This document shows positions 1 through 7,347 of a stretch of DNA of 64,000 bases, one piece after another. The notes under the pieces are model-generated. The model was given only the letters and a program-made list of their open reading frames with translations, was not told where the DNA came from and ran no database searches. The position numbers and the translations under genes were made by a program. Numbering within the stretch: the stretch's first letter is position 1; the number at the start of each line of letters is the position of its first letter. The DNA is taken from the NCBI GenBank assembly GCA_015233405.1, contig JADFXT010000003.1, positions 54,591 through 118,590 on the forward strand, given 5' to 3'. This stretch comes from Candidatus Omnitrophota bacterium (GTDB lineage Bacteria > Omnitrophota > Gorgyraeia > Zapsychrales > Zapsychraceae).

Positions 1-2
1 TT

Positions 3-1577
3 TTACTTAACTTGTCTACCGAATCCCACGCGAACACTATTTTGATTTTGTTGCGTATTATACATCCCCTGTGTTGCCACAGGTTGTGTATTCTGTGCCA
101 TGGGTCCGTCGATAATCTGATGGCAATTGGAACAAACACCGCGGTATCCATGTGTCATGCCAGCATTGCTTGAAATCGGCGGTGCCTGTACGGGCATTTG
201 AGCAGCGACAGGCGCCATGGGATTATTTCCTTGATTATAAAAATTCGGCTGATTATTTTGATTTTGGTAATACGCACCACCGCGCGCCATGATCTGTCCG
301 CAATTAGGACAACGCGGAAATTCATTTGCCCCTTGTTGCGCGTACATTCTCCAATTGCAATTCGGGCAGAGGAAGAATCCCGTCGATTCCGGACCATTCC
401 AAAAATTAGGTTGGTTCGTCATTTGGTTCATCTGCGGTCTAACCTGGTTCATATTGGCAGCCTGTTGCCCGCCTTCTGACCACCAATTGATTGGTCCTTT
501 GTTCGACATATCTTTAGCCATAGGCGAGCCACAGTTCGGGCACGTCGGATAATTATTGCCTTGCATTGTTCCTTTCATTCGCCAATTGCAATTCGGGCAA
601 ACAAAAACTTGCTGTCCCCATCCAAAAGCAACTTGAGTGCCAGTATTCATTTGTCCCATGGTATCCGGGTCCGGCATAGCCACACCTTGCACCATAGCGC
701 CTTGCATATATCCCGGCATTGGGCAAGCTTGACCCATTTGATTCATTCCCATTCCACCTTGCATAAAGCCCTGTCGAGTAGGTAAAGGACACGTCGGAAC
801 TGCCATCGTATTCATGTCCGGCATACCAAATCCAGCGCCCTGCGCGGTTTGCTGCATCATACGAATACGGCAATTGGGACAAACAGGACAAACACCTGCG
901 GAATTCTGACCGGCCATAATATACTTACAACGAGGACAAAAATAATTGCAAAAAACCCCGCCTTGTCCGGGGCCAAAACCTGCCTGCATATTAGCTTGTG
1001 CATTGACAGGAGAAACCGGTCCGGCCATAACAGGTTGAGAAATCACATTCGTGGACGTCGGGGCTTGAGGCATCCGTGCTTGCCGATAAAGACTGATGGC
1101 CTTTCTTGAAGTTCCTGCATATCCGCCAAACACACGTATGCCAAACTGCATCAGGATATTATAACTTTGCTGGTCGATATTGTTGACGATGACAGCCTCT
1201 TCTCCTTTGCCAGCAACTAAATACGCGATCTGGGGATTGGGCACCGTGCCACGATAAGGATTTTGAACCGCCTGAACAAGTTTCTGCGATAACGGATTCA
1301 CGACCAGAAAATATTTGGACTCTTGCAAAGACGGCGACACTTTAGCGCTCAAAGACGGGCCATCGGCCGCGATAACGATTTTTCCACAGGCCGGATTTCC
1401 CGCATTCTGGTTCTGAGTCTCAGGAGCAAACAGCGCGTAAACTCCAACGATCAAGACAAGAAATATCGAACCAAAAATAAAATAAACATTCAGGTCGACA
1501 TCTTTGAGCCGCGCCAGGAGATCCTCAAACGGATTATCTTGGGCTTTAGTGTTTTTTGCTTTCAAATTTTTTTCCAT
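3..1577 (-). CDS. membrane-anchored NifX/NifB-C-like domain protein with zinc-ribbon array, M/Q/N/G/P-rich low-complexity region and C-terminal magnetochrome-type CXXCH
   Basis: 524-codon ORF, TAA at 3-5. N-terminal TM helix (VYFIFGSIFLVLIVGVYALF). Residues ~65-165 resemble the dinitrogenase FeMo-cofactor-binding (NifX/NifB-C) fold (KIVIAADG..YFLVVNP..AVIVNNIDQQSYNILMQFGIRVF). Three CPxC..CPxC ribbons (FCPRCKYIM..CPVCPNCRIRM; VCPNCNWRM..CPNCGSPM; LCPNCNWRM..CPNCGQIM). C-terminal HGYRGVCSNCHQI. Confidence 0.8.
   Translation of the reverse strand: MEKNLKAKNTKAQDNPFEDLLARLKDVDLNVYFIFGSIFLVLIVGVYALFAPETQNQNAGNPACGKIVIAADGPSLSAKVSPSLQESKYFLVVNPLSQKLVQAVQNPYRGTVPNPQIAYLVAGKGEEAVIVNNIDQQSYNILMQFGIRVFGGYAGTSRKAISLYRQARMPQAPTSTNVISQPVMAGPVSPVNAQANMQAGFGPGQGGVFCNYFCPRCKYIMAGQNSAGVCPVCPNCRIRMMQQTAQGAGFGMPDMNTMAVPTCPLPTRQGFMQGGMGMNQMGQACPMPGYMQGAMVQGVAMPDPDTMGQMNTGTQVAFGWGQQVFVCPNCNWRMKGTMQGNNYPTCPNCGSPMAKDMSNKGPINWWSEGGQQAANMNQVRPQMNQMTNQPNFWNGPESTGFFLCPNCNWRMYAQQGANEFPRCPNCGQIMARGGAYYQNQNNQPNFYNQGNNPMAPVAAQMPVQAPPISSNAGMTHGYRGVCSNCHQIIDGPMAQNTQPVATQGMYNTQQNQNSVRVGFGRQVK
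111..152 (-). other. magnetochrome-type heme-c binding motif (H-G-Y-R-G-V-C-S-N-C-H-Q-I-I)
   Basis: CXXCH preceded by H-x-Y-R-G, the same pattern as the two motifs in the 13838-14680 product. It matches the magnetochrome signature known from MamP/MamE/MamT. Confidence 0.7.
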
Positions 1578-1607
1578 ATTATCCCCATTTGTTGATTCTT
1601 AAGTTTT

Positions 1608-2213
1608 TTAGAATCCTTGATTTGGATTATTGCCTTTATAAATCGGACCATATTGAAACGCTGGCCCAAAAACCGGTGAACCCATTTGCCACGTTCCTTT
1701 ATTCGGACCCATCAAAGGGCCGTATTGATATTCAAAGGGAATCGTTAAATACATCTTTTGTCCATCCCTATAAATGTCGAGGAGAATCCCATCAGTATAT
1801 TTAACATTGTTCGCTATATTAACAAAAGCTTTCGCCGTAGGAACCGGTTTACGCCCTATAGAAACAATGACATCGCCCGTCTTAACACCATATTTAAGAG
1901 CAAGATCTTTCCCTTCATCTAAAACAAACATACCCTTGATCTTCCCGGGGATATTAAATTCTTTACGGATACTGCGCGTCAATTGAATGACCCTCATGCC
2001 GATCCAGGTCATGCTATCGCCGGGTTCAACAATCGCACCATTCGCCGCCACGCGTTCTGCAGGCTCTGGAAAAATCTCGAGCGAAGAAACAAGCCAGCAA
2101 ATCACAATAATAGAGAAGATGACAATTCCGGCAGAAAGTACAGGCTCTTTGCGAACGAATGCTATGGTTCGTTTTTTTATTTCTTCAAACTTTTTTTCAT
2201 TTTTTGTTTTCAT
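1608..2213 (-). CDS. TM-anchored single-PDZ-domain protein
   Basis: N-terminal TM (VLSAGIVIFSIIVICWLV) followed by a PDZ-like segment (WIGMRVIQLTRSIRKEFNIPGKIKGMFVLDEGKDLALKYGVKTGDVIVSIGRKPV). Sits between the protease gene and the CXXCH protein gene. Confidence 0.75.
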   Translation of the reverse strand: MKTKNEKKFEEIKKRTIAFVRKEPVLSAGIVIFSIIVICWLVSSLEIFPEPAERVAANGAIVEPGDSMTWIGMRVIQLTRSIRKEFNIPGKIKGMFVLDEGKDLALKYGVKTGDVIVSIGRKPVPTAKAFVNIANNVKYTDGILLDIYRDGQKMYLTIPFEYQYGPLMGPNKGTWQMGSPVFGPAFQYGPIYKGNNPNQGF

Positions 2214-2217
2214 AGGC

Positions 2218-3639
2218 TCACTGTAGTTTCACTAAAATTTCATCGGTTTTTCCGTTTCTTAAAATATGGACATTCACGCTGTCCCCTGAGCGAAAATGCG
2301 CAACGACTTTTCTGATATCATCAGCCGATTGAATGACCACACCGGCAATAGCCGTGACAATGTCCCCTCTTTGAATCCCGGCAAACCTCGCCGGAGATTC
2401 ATCCATCACACGATTGACCAAAACACCTTGGCCAACAGATATCCCAAATTGTTTAGCAATAACATCATTAATAGGCATGACCTCTAATCCAAAACGTATC
2501 GGAACCGGCGCATCTGTTGTCGTTTTAGGTAAAGCCGCGGCCAACAAACCTTTTTGGTTAACTGGTACAGAAAAATTTCGTTTAAGCGCCTGAGCAAGAA
2601 AATCCTTGCAGTCATTGATAGGAATAGCAAATCCCGTTCCGCTAAAAACTCCGGTTGGCGCATAGATAGCCGTATTAATCGCGATGACTTCTCCGTTTAA
2701 ATTGACCAACGGCCCGCCGGAGGAACCACGGTTAATGGGCGCATCGGTTTGAAAAAGATTTTCATAGCGAATGCCTTCGATCAAAACAGATTTTCGAATG
2801 CCGCTTAAAATCCCGCTTGTTACCGTTTGTTCTATGCCAAACGGACTTCCGACAGCGACGACATAATCGCCGATCTGGCTAAAGCTCGAATCCGCCAAAG
2901 CCACCTCTGGAAATGGGCCATCCGCTCGTAATTTAAGAACAGCTAAATCCAAATTAGGTTCCTGGGCCACAAGATCCGCTTTAATATCACGCGACGGATT
3001 GCCAAAAACGGTCACGACGATATCGGTCGCATCTTTGGTCACGTGGTAATTTGTTAAAACATATCCGCGCTCATCCACGAAAATTCCGGCGCCGACATTT
3101 TCATATCCTTTGTTTTCGATAAATTTATCAATGGTCCCGTCGAACGGCGGGGCAAATTGAAGGTTCTGGGCGTCAATGGTCGGACGAACAGGCGTGCGAA
3201 CAACCCGTCGGGCGTGGATATCGCAGACCGAAGGGATAATAACATTGACCGCATCTTTTAATGAATTCTGGAATTTGCTGTCCGTGTTCGCGACAAGCTG
3301 CATACCGCCGTTAGGTGTGGCCTTGGTAATAGCTGCGACGGAATAATTAGAGGTGTTCCGCTGATTCGCCACGAGCTGCATACCACCGTTTGGTGTGGCC
3401 TTGGTAATAGCGGCTGGTGTGGCCATTCCTGCCTGAACGACCGGACTAGGGAACTTCGGCTCGCCGACATTAGATGGATTAACCGGATTCTTAGCACCGC
3501 CATTCTCAGCCTCAATGCTATTCGTGATATCTTCCCGTCTCATCACGACCCAAAAAAGGAGCATGACCGAGATAATGACTACACCGACTATCCATGGGCC
3601 CAGCGGCTTACGACAAAATAGATCGTTTGAATCTTCCAT
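2218..3639 (-). CDS. TM-anchored trypsin-like serine protease with C-terminal PDZ (HtrA/DegP family; MamE-like, lacking CXXCH)
   Basis: Catalytic triad contexts are intact: TNYHVTKDA (His), DLAVLKL (Asp), GSSGGPLVN (Ser). One PDZ (GVLVNRVMDESPARFAGIQRGDIVTAIAG). N-terminal TM (WIVGVVIISVMLLFWVV). Confidence 0.9.
   Translation of the reverse strand: MEDSNDLFCRKPLGPWIVGVVIISVMLLFWVVMRREDITNSIEAENGGAKNPVNPSNVGEPKFPSPVVQAGMATPAAITKATPNGGMQLVANQRNTSNYSVAAITKATPNGGMQLVANTDSKFQNSLKDAVNVIIPSVCDIHARRVVRTPVRPTIDAQNLQFAPPFDGTIDKFIENKGYENVGAGIFVDERGYVLTNYHVTKDATDIVVTVFGNPSRDIKADLVAQEPNLDLAVLKLRADGPFPEVALADSSFSQIGDYVVAVGSPFGIEQTVTSGILSGIRKSVLIEGIRYENLFQTDAPINRGSSGGPLVNLNGEVIAINTAIYAPTGVFSGTGFAIPINDCKDFLAQALKRNFSVPVNQKGLLAAALPKTTTDAPVPIRFGLEVMPINDVIAKQFGISVGQGVLVNRVMDESPARFAGIQRGDIVTAIAGVVIQSADDIRKVVAHFRSGDSVNVHILRNGKTDEILVKLQ
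3286..3414 (-). repeat. in-frame 78-nt tandem duplication inside the protease gene (AAITKATPNGGMQLVAN x2)
   Basis: DNA segments starting near 3290 and 3368 are nearly identical (gctgcataccRccgttWggtgtggccttggtaatagc). The protein repeat has a 26-aa period. Confidence 0.85.
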
Positions 3640-3661
3640 TCTTTTCCCTCACCTCTATTAG

Positions 3662-3886
3662 TTAAAAAGCAAACTTATCCCCAGCTACAGGAGTATCCAC
3701 TCCGGTGCTTGGAAAAGCAGCCGGCATTGCAGCTTTGTTTACCGTGGTTGGAACATGGTGCAATTGATGGTGCCGGGTCTTTCCCTTAAATCTAAAGAAG
3801 ACGGCAGCAGAGATCAATGTACAGACACCTAGAATAATTAAAAAACCAAACCACGGATTAAGACACTTTTCTTTATTTCCAATCAT
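3662..3886 (-). CDS. small single-TM membrane protein, unknown function
   Basis: 74-aa ORF with a TM helix (WFGFLIILGVCTLISAAVFF) and a His-rich stretch (TRHHQLHH). GAGG lies upstream of the ATG. Tightly packed between the MamI-like and protease genes. Confidence 0.5.
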   Translation of the reverse strand: MIGNKEKCLNPWFGFLIILGVCTLISAAVFFRFKGKTRHHQLHHVPTTVNKAAMPAAFPSTGVDTPVAGDKFAF

Positions 3887-3905
3887 AACGACGCCTCACG
3901 AATAA

Positions 3906-4076
3906 TTATTTTTTACCTTTTGTGAGTTTAAGCCCTGTGTTAAGAGCGATCAGCCCGCCGATAAGAAGCGCAAGCGGAACAGATCCACGTAAAAAATCGC
4001 CGAAATTATCCCACCAACCGAAAATCCCGACAACTCCTAAAAGAGCTGCAATTGCTCCTCCAATAACATGTGCCAT
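3906..4076 (-). CDS. MamI-like small two-TM membrane protein (56 aa; below ORF-track cutoff)
   Basis: Hand translation: MAHVIGGAIAALLGVVGIFGWWDNFGDFLRGSVPLALLIGGLIALNTGLKLTKGKK. AAGGAGA lies 6 nt upstream of the ATG at 4076. The G..G...WW....FLRG.VP...L..GGL.AL pattern recalls MamI. Position immediately upstream of the protease mirrors the mamI-mamE order. Confidence 0.55.
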   Translation of the reverse strand: MAHVIGGAIAALLGVVGIFGWWDNFGDFLRGSVPLALLIGGLIALNTGLKLTKGKK

Positions 4077-4102
4077 TTGTTTCTCCTTTCATTACTGTTT
4101 AA

Positions 4103-4387
4103 CTAACCGTTTATAAATGTTACCCCGAATCCTCCTCGAGGATTTTCCCAAACAATTGCGCCATCTGTACAAACCACCCGGCAGCTTCCGCACTCAAGAC
4201 AATTTTCATATGAGGCTTCAATGGCGCCGCTTTTCTCTTCGTAGGTCTTCGCCGGACAAACAACAAGACACATCTTGTGCTCGCAGTGCTTACAAACTTT
4301 CTTGTTGATCTTGATATGGCTCGCTGCATCTTTCTTGGTCTTGACCAAAAAAAGCTTGTCATCTAAAGAAAGTTTTCCGGTTTTCAT
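4103..4387 (-). CDS. fixX: ferredoxin-like protein FixX
   Basis: 94 aa. CPAKTYEE...YENCLECGSCRVVC...WENPRGGFGVTF aligns closely with E. coli FixX/YdiT. ATGA overlap with fixC. Confidence 0.85.
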   Translation of the reverse strand: MKTGKLSLDDKLFLVKTKKDAASHIKINKKVCKHCEHKMCLVVCPAKTYEEKSGAIEASYENCLECGSCRVVCTDGAIVWENPRGGFGVTFING

Positions 4388-5697
4388 ATTAAATTACTCC
4401 ACGCGCCCCACATATCGGACGCGACACGGGTCAATTTCACGTTTTTCATGACACGATTAAAAATCTCTTTTTTAACAACGCTTTTGGGCTTTTCGGACAC
4501 ACGGAAATAATCCACCAGAATATCATTCATCAAAGTCGGATAATCGTTGATAAGGGATTTATGTTTATGCAAGAACGACAGAAAATTTTTGCAATTTTTT
4601 AAATCCTGCATGACGAAACTCGCCTTAAGTTTTTCTTCATATTGCGACAGCGCCTCAGCGGTAAAATCGTTCTTCTCCTTCGCCTCGATAATCGTTTCCG
4701 CAGCAGAAAGGCCGGAGGACATCGCCAAATTGACACCTTCATGGAAAAACGACGTATTTAAAAGTCCTGCTGCATCGCCGACGACCAATAGCCCATCCCG
4801 GTAAAGCTTAGGAAGATAATCAAACCCGTCAGACGGGATCATATGCGCCATATATTCGGTGGTTTCTCCTCCGCGCACTAAAGGGGCGATGACCGGATGG
4901 CTCTTAAAATCATCGAGAATATCATTCGGATTCTTTGCATTCTCACTTTTCATAAAATCGCTTAAAGAAAATCCAACGCCAACGGATAAACTGTCTTGGT
5001 TCGTATAAATAAATCCATTTCCCAAAAGCCCTTGGACGGAGGCACCAAAATATTCATAGGCCGCGCCTTGACGGTCCGTTAAGCCGAACCGGTCTTCAAT
5101 AACGCTTCGAGGCAGACGGATGTTTTCCTTGACCGCGATGGAACGACGGCCTGGACTAATTTTCTTACGAAGCCTTGCCTTTTCCGATAACAATGAATTC
5201 GCGCCTTCTGCACAGACAATCACATCAGCCAATAAGCTATCTTCATCTCCACCGCTTGTAATACCGACGACTTTTCCGTTTTCATAAAGAAAATCTCGTA
5301 CGCAGTAATTCGTGATAATGCTCGCGCCAGCCTCTTCTGCCTTCTTGGCCAACCATTGGTCCATCGAGCCACGCCGTGCCAGAAAGGAATGATTATACGG
5401 TGCAACGTTAAATGCCGCAGGCGTTAAATCAAACGCCATTTCGTTTTCATTCGCTAAAAGAGCAAATTTTCTTTTCCCGACGTAACGTTCCCACGGCGCG
5501 TTATCTAAGAAATCTGGGAAAAGTTTTTCCATGATGCTTGAGAAAAATATCCCTCCAAACACATTCTTCGCGCCAGGATATTCGCCGCGCTCAATAACGA
5601 CGACCTCTATCCCGCGTTTAGCCAGAGCATACGCACACGTCAATCCCGAAGGCCCTGCGCCGACAATAATAACTTCCATTTTATCAGTTTGATTCAT
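4384..5697 (-). CDS. fixC: FAD-dependent electron-transfer-flavoprotein:quinone oxidoreductase FixC
   Basis: 437 aa. VIIVGAGPSGL dinucleotide fold. Long colinear similarity to E. coli FixC (GAKNV.GG; LPRSVIEDRF.L...QGAA; GGGF/NGFIYTN; FK.HP..APL; VGDAAG). Confidence 0.9.
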   Translation of the reverse strand: MNQTDKMEVIIVGAGPSGLTCAYALAKRGIEVVVIERGEYPGAKNVFGGIFFSSIMEKLFPDFLDNAPWERYVGKRKFALLANENEMAFDLTPAAFNVAPYNHSFLARRGSMDQWLAKKAEEAGASIITNYCVRDFLYENGKVVGITSGGDEDSLLADVIVCAEGANSLLSEKARLRKKISPGRRSIAVKENIRLPRSVIEDRFGLTDRQGAAYEYFGASVQGLLGNGFIYTNQDSLSVGVGFSLSDFMKSENAKNPNDILDDFKSHPVIAPLVRGGETTEYMAHMIPSDGFDYLPKLYRDGLLVVGDAAGLLNTSFFHEGVNLAMSSGLSAAETIIEAKEKNDFTAEALSQYEEKLKASFVMQDLKNCKNFLSFLHKHKSLINDYPTLMNDILVDYFRVSEKPKSVVKKEIFNRVMKNVKLTRVASDMWGAWSNLI

Positions 5698-6115
5698 GAG
5701 AAAAATTCTCTAACTTGCCCGTTTGTTTGTTTATTTGTTTGTTTGGGAAAAACTTATCTCTGATGAGCGCCGCATACTTTCCGGAAACATATAAACCTTT
5801 TTTCAACGTCTCTGCAATATTCGTTCGACTGCGCCGCAAAATATGAGCGCGGGATTTTGTCGCCGTTTTTAAATGAATAGCCTCATGAACTGGCTCTTTA
5901 TCGTGAAGATTTGCTTCAGTATGATTATTTGATTTTATTTTCTTGAGGAGGTCTAGAACAGCTTCTCGGGGGATACGCTGATGCCCGCCTAATGTAGTGA
6001 CCGCTTTAAGCTTTCCTTGCTTGACCCAACTTAAGACGGTAAAACGGGTAACATGAAGAAGCTCTGCAGCTTGCGACGTTGTTAAAAAATTATGTGAGGA
6101 GGTTGGAGTGTGCAT
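5684..6115 (-). CDS. excisionase/MerR-superfamily helix-turn-helix DNA-binding protein
   Basis: N-terminal LTTSQAAELLHVTRFTVLSWVKQGKLKAVTTLGGHQRIPREAV (HTH_17-like). Paralogous to the N-terminus of the 17494-17952 product. First gene after a sigma70-like promoter. Confidence 0.8.
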   Translation of the reverse strand: MHTPTSSHNFLTTSQAAELLHVTRFTVLSWVKQGKLKAVTTLGGHQRIPREAVLDLLKKIKSNNHTEANLHDKEPVHEAIHLKTATKSRAHILRRSRTNIAETLKKGLYVSGKYAALIRDKFFPNKQINKQTGKLENFSHESN

Positions 6116-6150
6116 TTATTGTTGAAATAAAGATTAATAAAAGTGTTTGG

Positions 6151-6179
6151 ATTATAGGCAATCAACCAAAAAAAGTCAA
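6151..6179 (-). promoter_or_regulatory. sigma70-type promoter (TTGACT-17 nt-TATAAT) for the HTH-fixCX-mamI-like operon
   Basis: Minus strand reads ttgact ttttttggttgattgcc tataat. The -10 element lies ~36 nt upstream of the ATG at 6115. Confidence 0.5.
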
Positions 6180-6293
6180 TAAAAAATATTCGACCGGATT
6201 TTTTATAAAAGAGTGTTGAAAATGTTGAATGATTTCTTACATTTTCTCGTCTGGAAAGGCTTTTCTCGGCAAGAAAAATAAAAAAAGCCTAAA

Positions 6294-7313
6294 TTAATGA
6301 AACCCTGGTGTTTTGTACTGAACAATTTCACCATTTTTGCTTTCAATAACCAGGACTTCAACGCGCTTTAAAGCATGCGCTAAACGCAAGCCTTTTTCAC
6401 CACCTAAAACAGAAATAGCCGTTGATAATTCATTGGCCGCTTGGGTCGTATTGGCTACAACGGTGACACTTACGGCCCCTTTTTGAGGGTAACCGCTAAC
6501 AGGATCTATGATATGCGAGAACGCTTCAGAACCGATAGTATAGAATTTTTCATAATTGCCGGAAGTTGATATGCCCCTATCACTTAGAACTGTGGTGCAA
6601 TATAATTTCTCCTTGTTAAAAGGGTCCTGAACCCCTATGATCCAAGGTTTTTTCCCCTGATCTTTTCCTCTGCAAAATATCTCACCTCCGCCATCAACCA
6701 GAAAATGTTTGATCCTGTTTTTATCAAGTATTTTTGCAAGTTCATCGCAAACGAATCCTGAAGCAGGAGAACCAAGATCCACTTTCATTCCCGGTTTTTT
6801 AAAAGAAATAAAATCCGGAGCCTTAAGGCATAAATTCCGATAACCAACTTTATCTTTTGTTTTTTCTAATAAATCTTTATCCGGAAGTTTTCCTTGATCC
6901 GCAGATTTTTTCCATAATTCTACAAGCGGCAATGCAGTGATGTCATATGCGCCATTTGTCAGTTTAGAATATTCAATGGATTCTTTGATCACTTTAAACA
7001 CATCAGCCGTAACGCGCACCCCTTGAAATCCATCCGCATTTAATCTGCTTAGATCCCCTTCCATATTTTTTGAATGCGCATTCATGTGCAATTGAACTTC
7101 CTCAACTTTTTTCCAGCATTGATTAATAACCGATATAACATTTATCTTTGGGTCATAAAAAAAATGAATGCGCACATAAGCCCCTAAATAAGGCCTTGTT
7201 TCATCGTAATCCAAAAGTTTTTGTTTCTTAAAAGACGATCGAATTAGAAAGAAGAATGCACCGAGGATGATTAACAAAAAAATGTTGAGAATGTTGATAT
7301 GATTTGGGTTCAC
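6294..7313 (-). CDS. apbE: ApbE-family FAD:protein FMN transferase with N-terminal signal anchor
   Basis: 339 aa, ApbE-like throughout (YDITALPLVELW; DLGSPASGFVCDELAKIL; GGGEIFCRG; ISTSGNYEKF; HIIDPVSGYP). N-terminal TM (ILNIFLLIILGAFFFLI). Confidence 0.85.
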   Translation of the reverse strand: MNPNHINILNIFLLIILGAFFFLIRSSFKKQKLLDYDETRPYLGAYVRIHFFYDPKINVISVINQCWKKVEEVQLHMNAHSKNMEGDLSRLNADGFQGVRVTADVFKVIKESIEYSKLTNGAYDITALPLVELWKKSADQGKLPDKDLLEKTKDKVGYRNLCLKAPDFISFKKPGMKVDLGSPASGFVCDELAKILDKNRIKHFLVDGGGEIFCRGKDQGKKPWIIGVQDPFNKEKLYCTTVLSDRGISTSGNYEKFYTIGSEAFSHIIDPVSGYPQKGAVSVTVVANTTQAANELSTAISVLGGEKGLRLAHALKRVEVLVIESKNGEIVQYKTPGFH

Positions 7314-7347
7314 GATAGATTATTGAACGAGATTAGAGAACTCGTAA

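Noticed and set aside
155-1595. Numerous 60-110-aa ORFs on both strands inside the 3-1577 gene (e.g. 155-397, 198-479, 289-552, 553-891, 561-785, 849-1109, 1323-1595)
   Set aside because: They are shadow ORFs overlapping a 524-codon ORF that has recognisable domains at both ends. Their products are low-complexity with no motifs. The same reasoning applies to the other short overlapping or antisense ORFs in the track throughout the window.
3922-4116. Plus-strand 64-aa ORF in the fixX/small-protein spacer
   Set aside because: It is antisense to a better-supported minus-strand 56-aa ORF with a strong RBS and a two-TM MamI-like product. The plus-strand product is Pro/Ser/Lys-rich with no start context.
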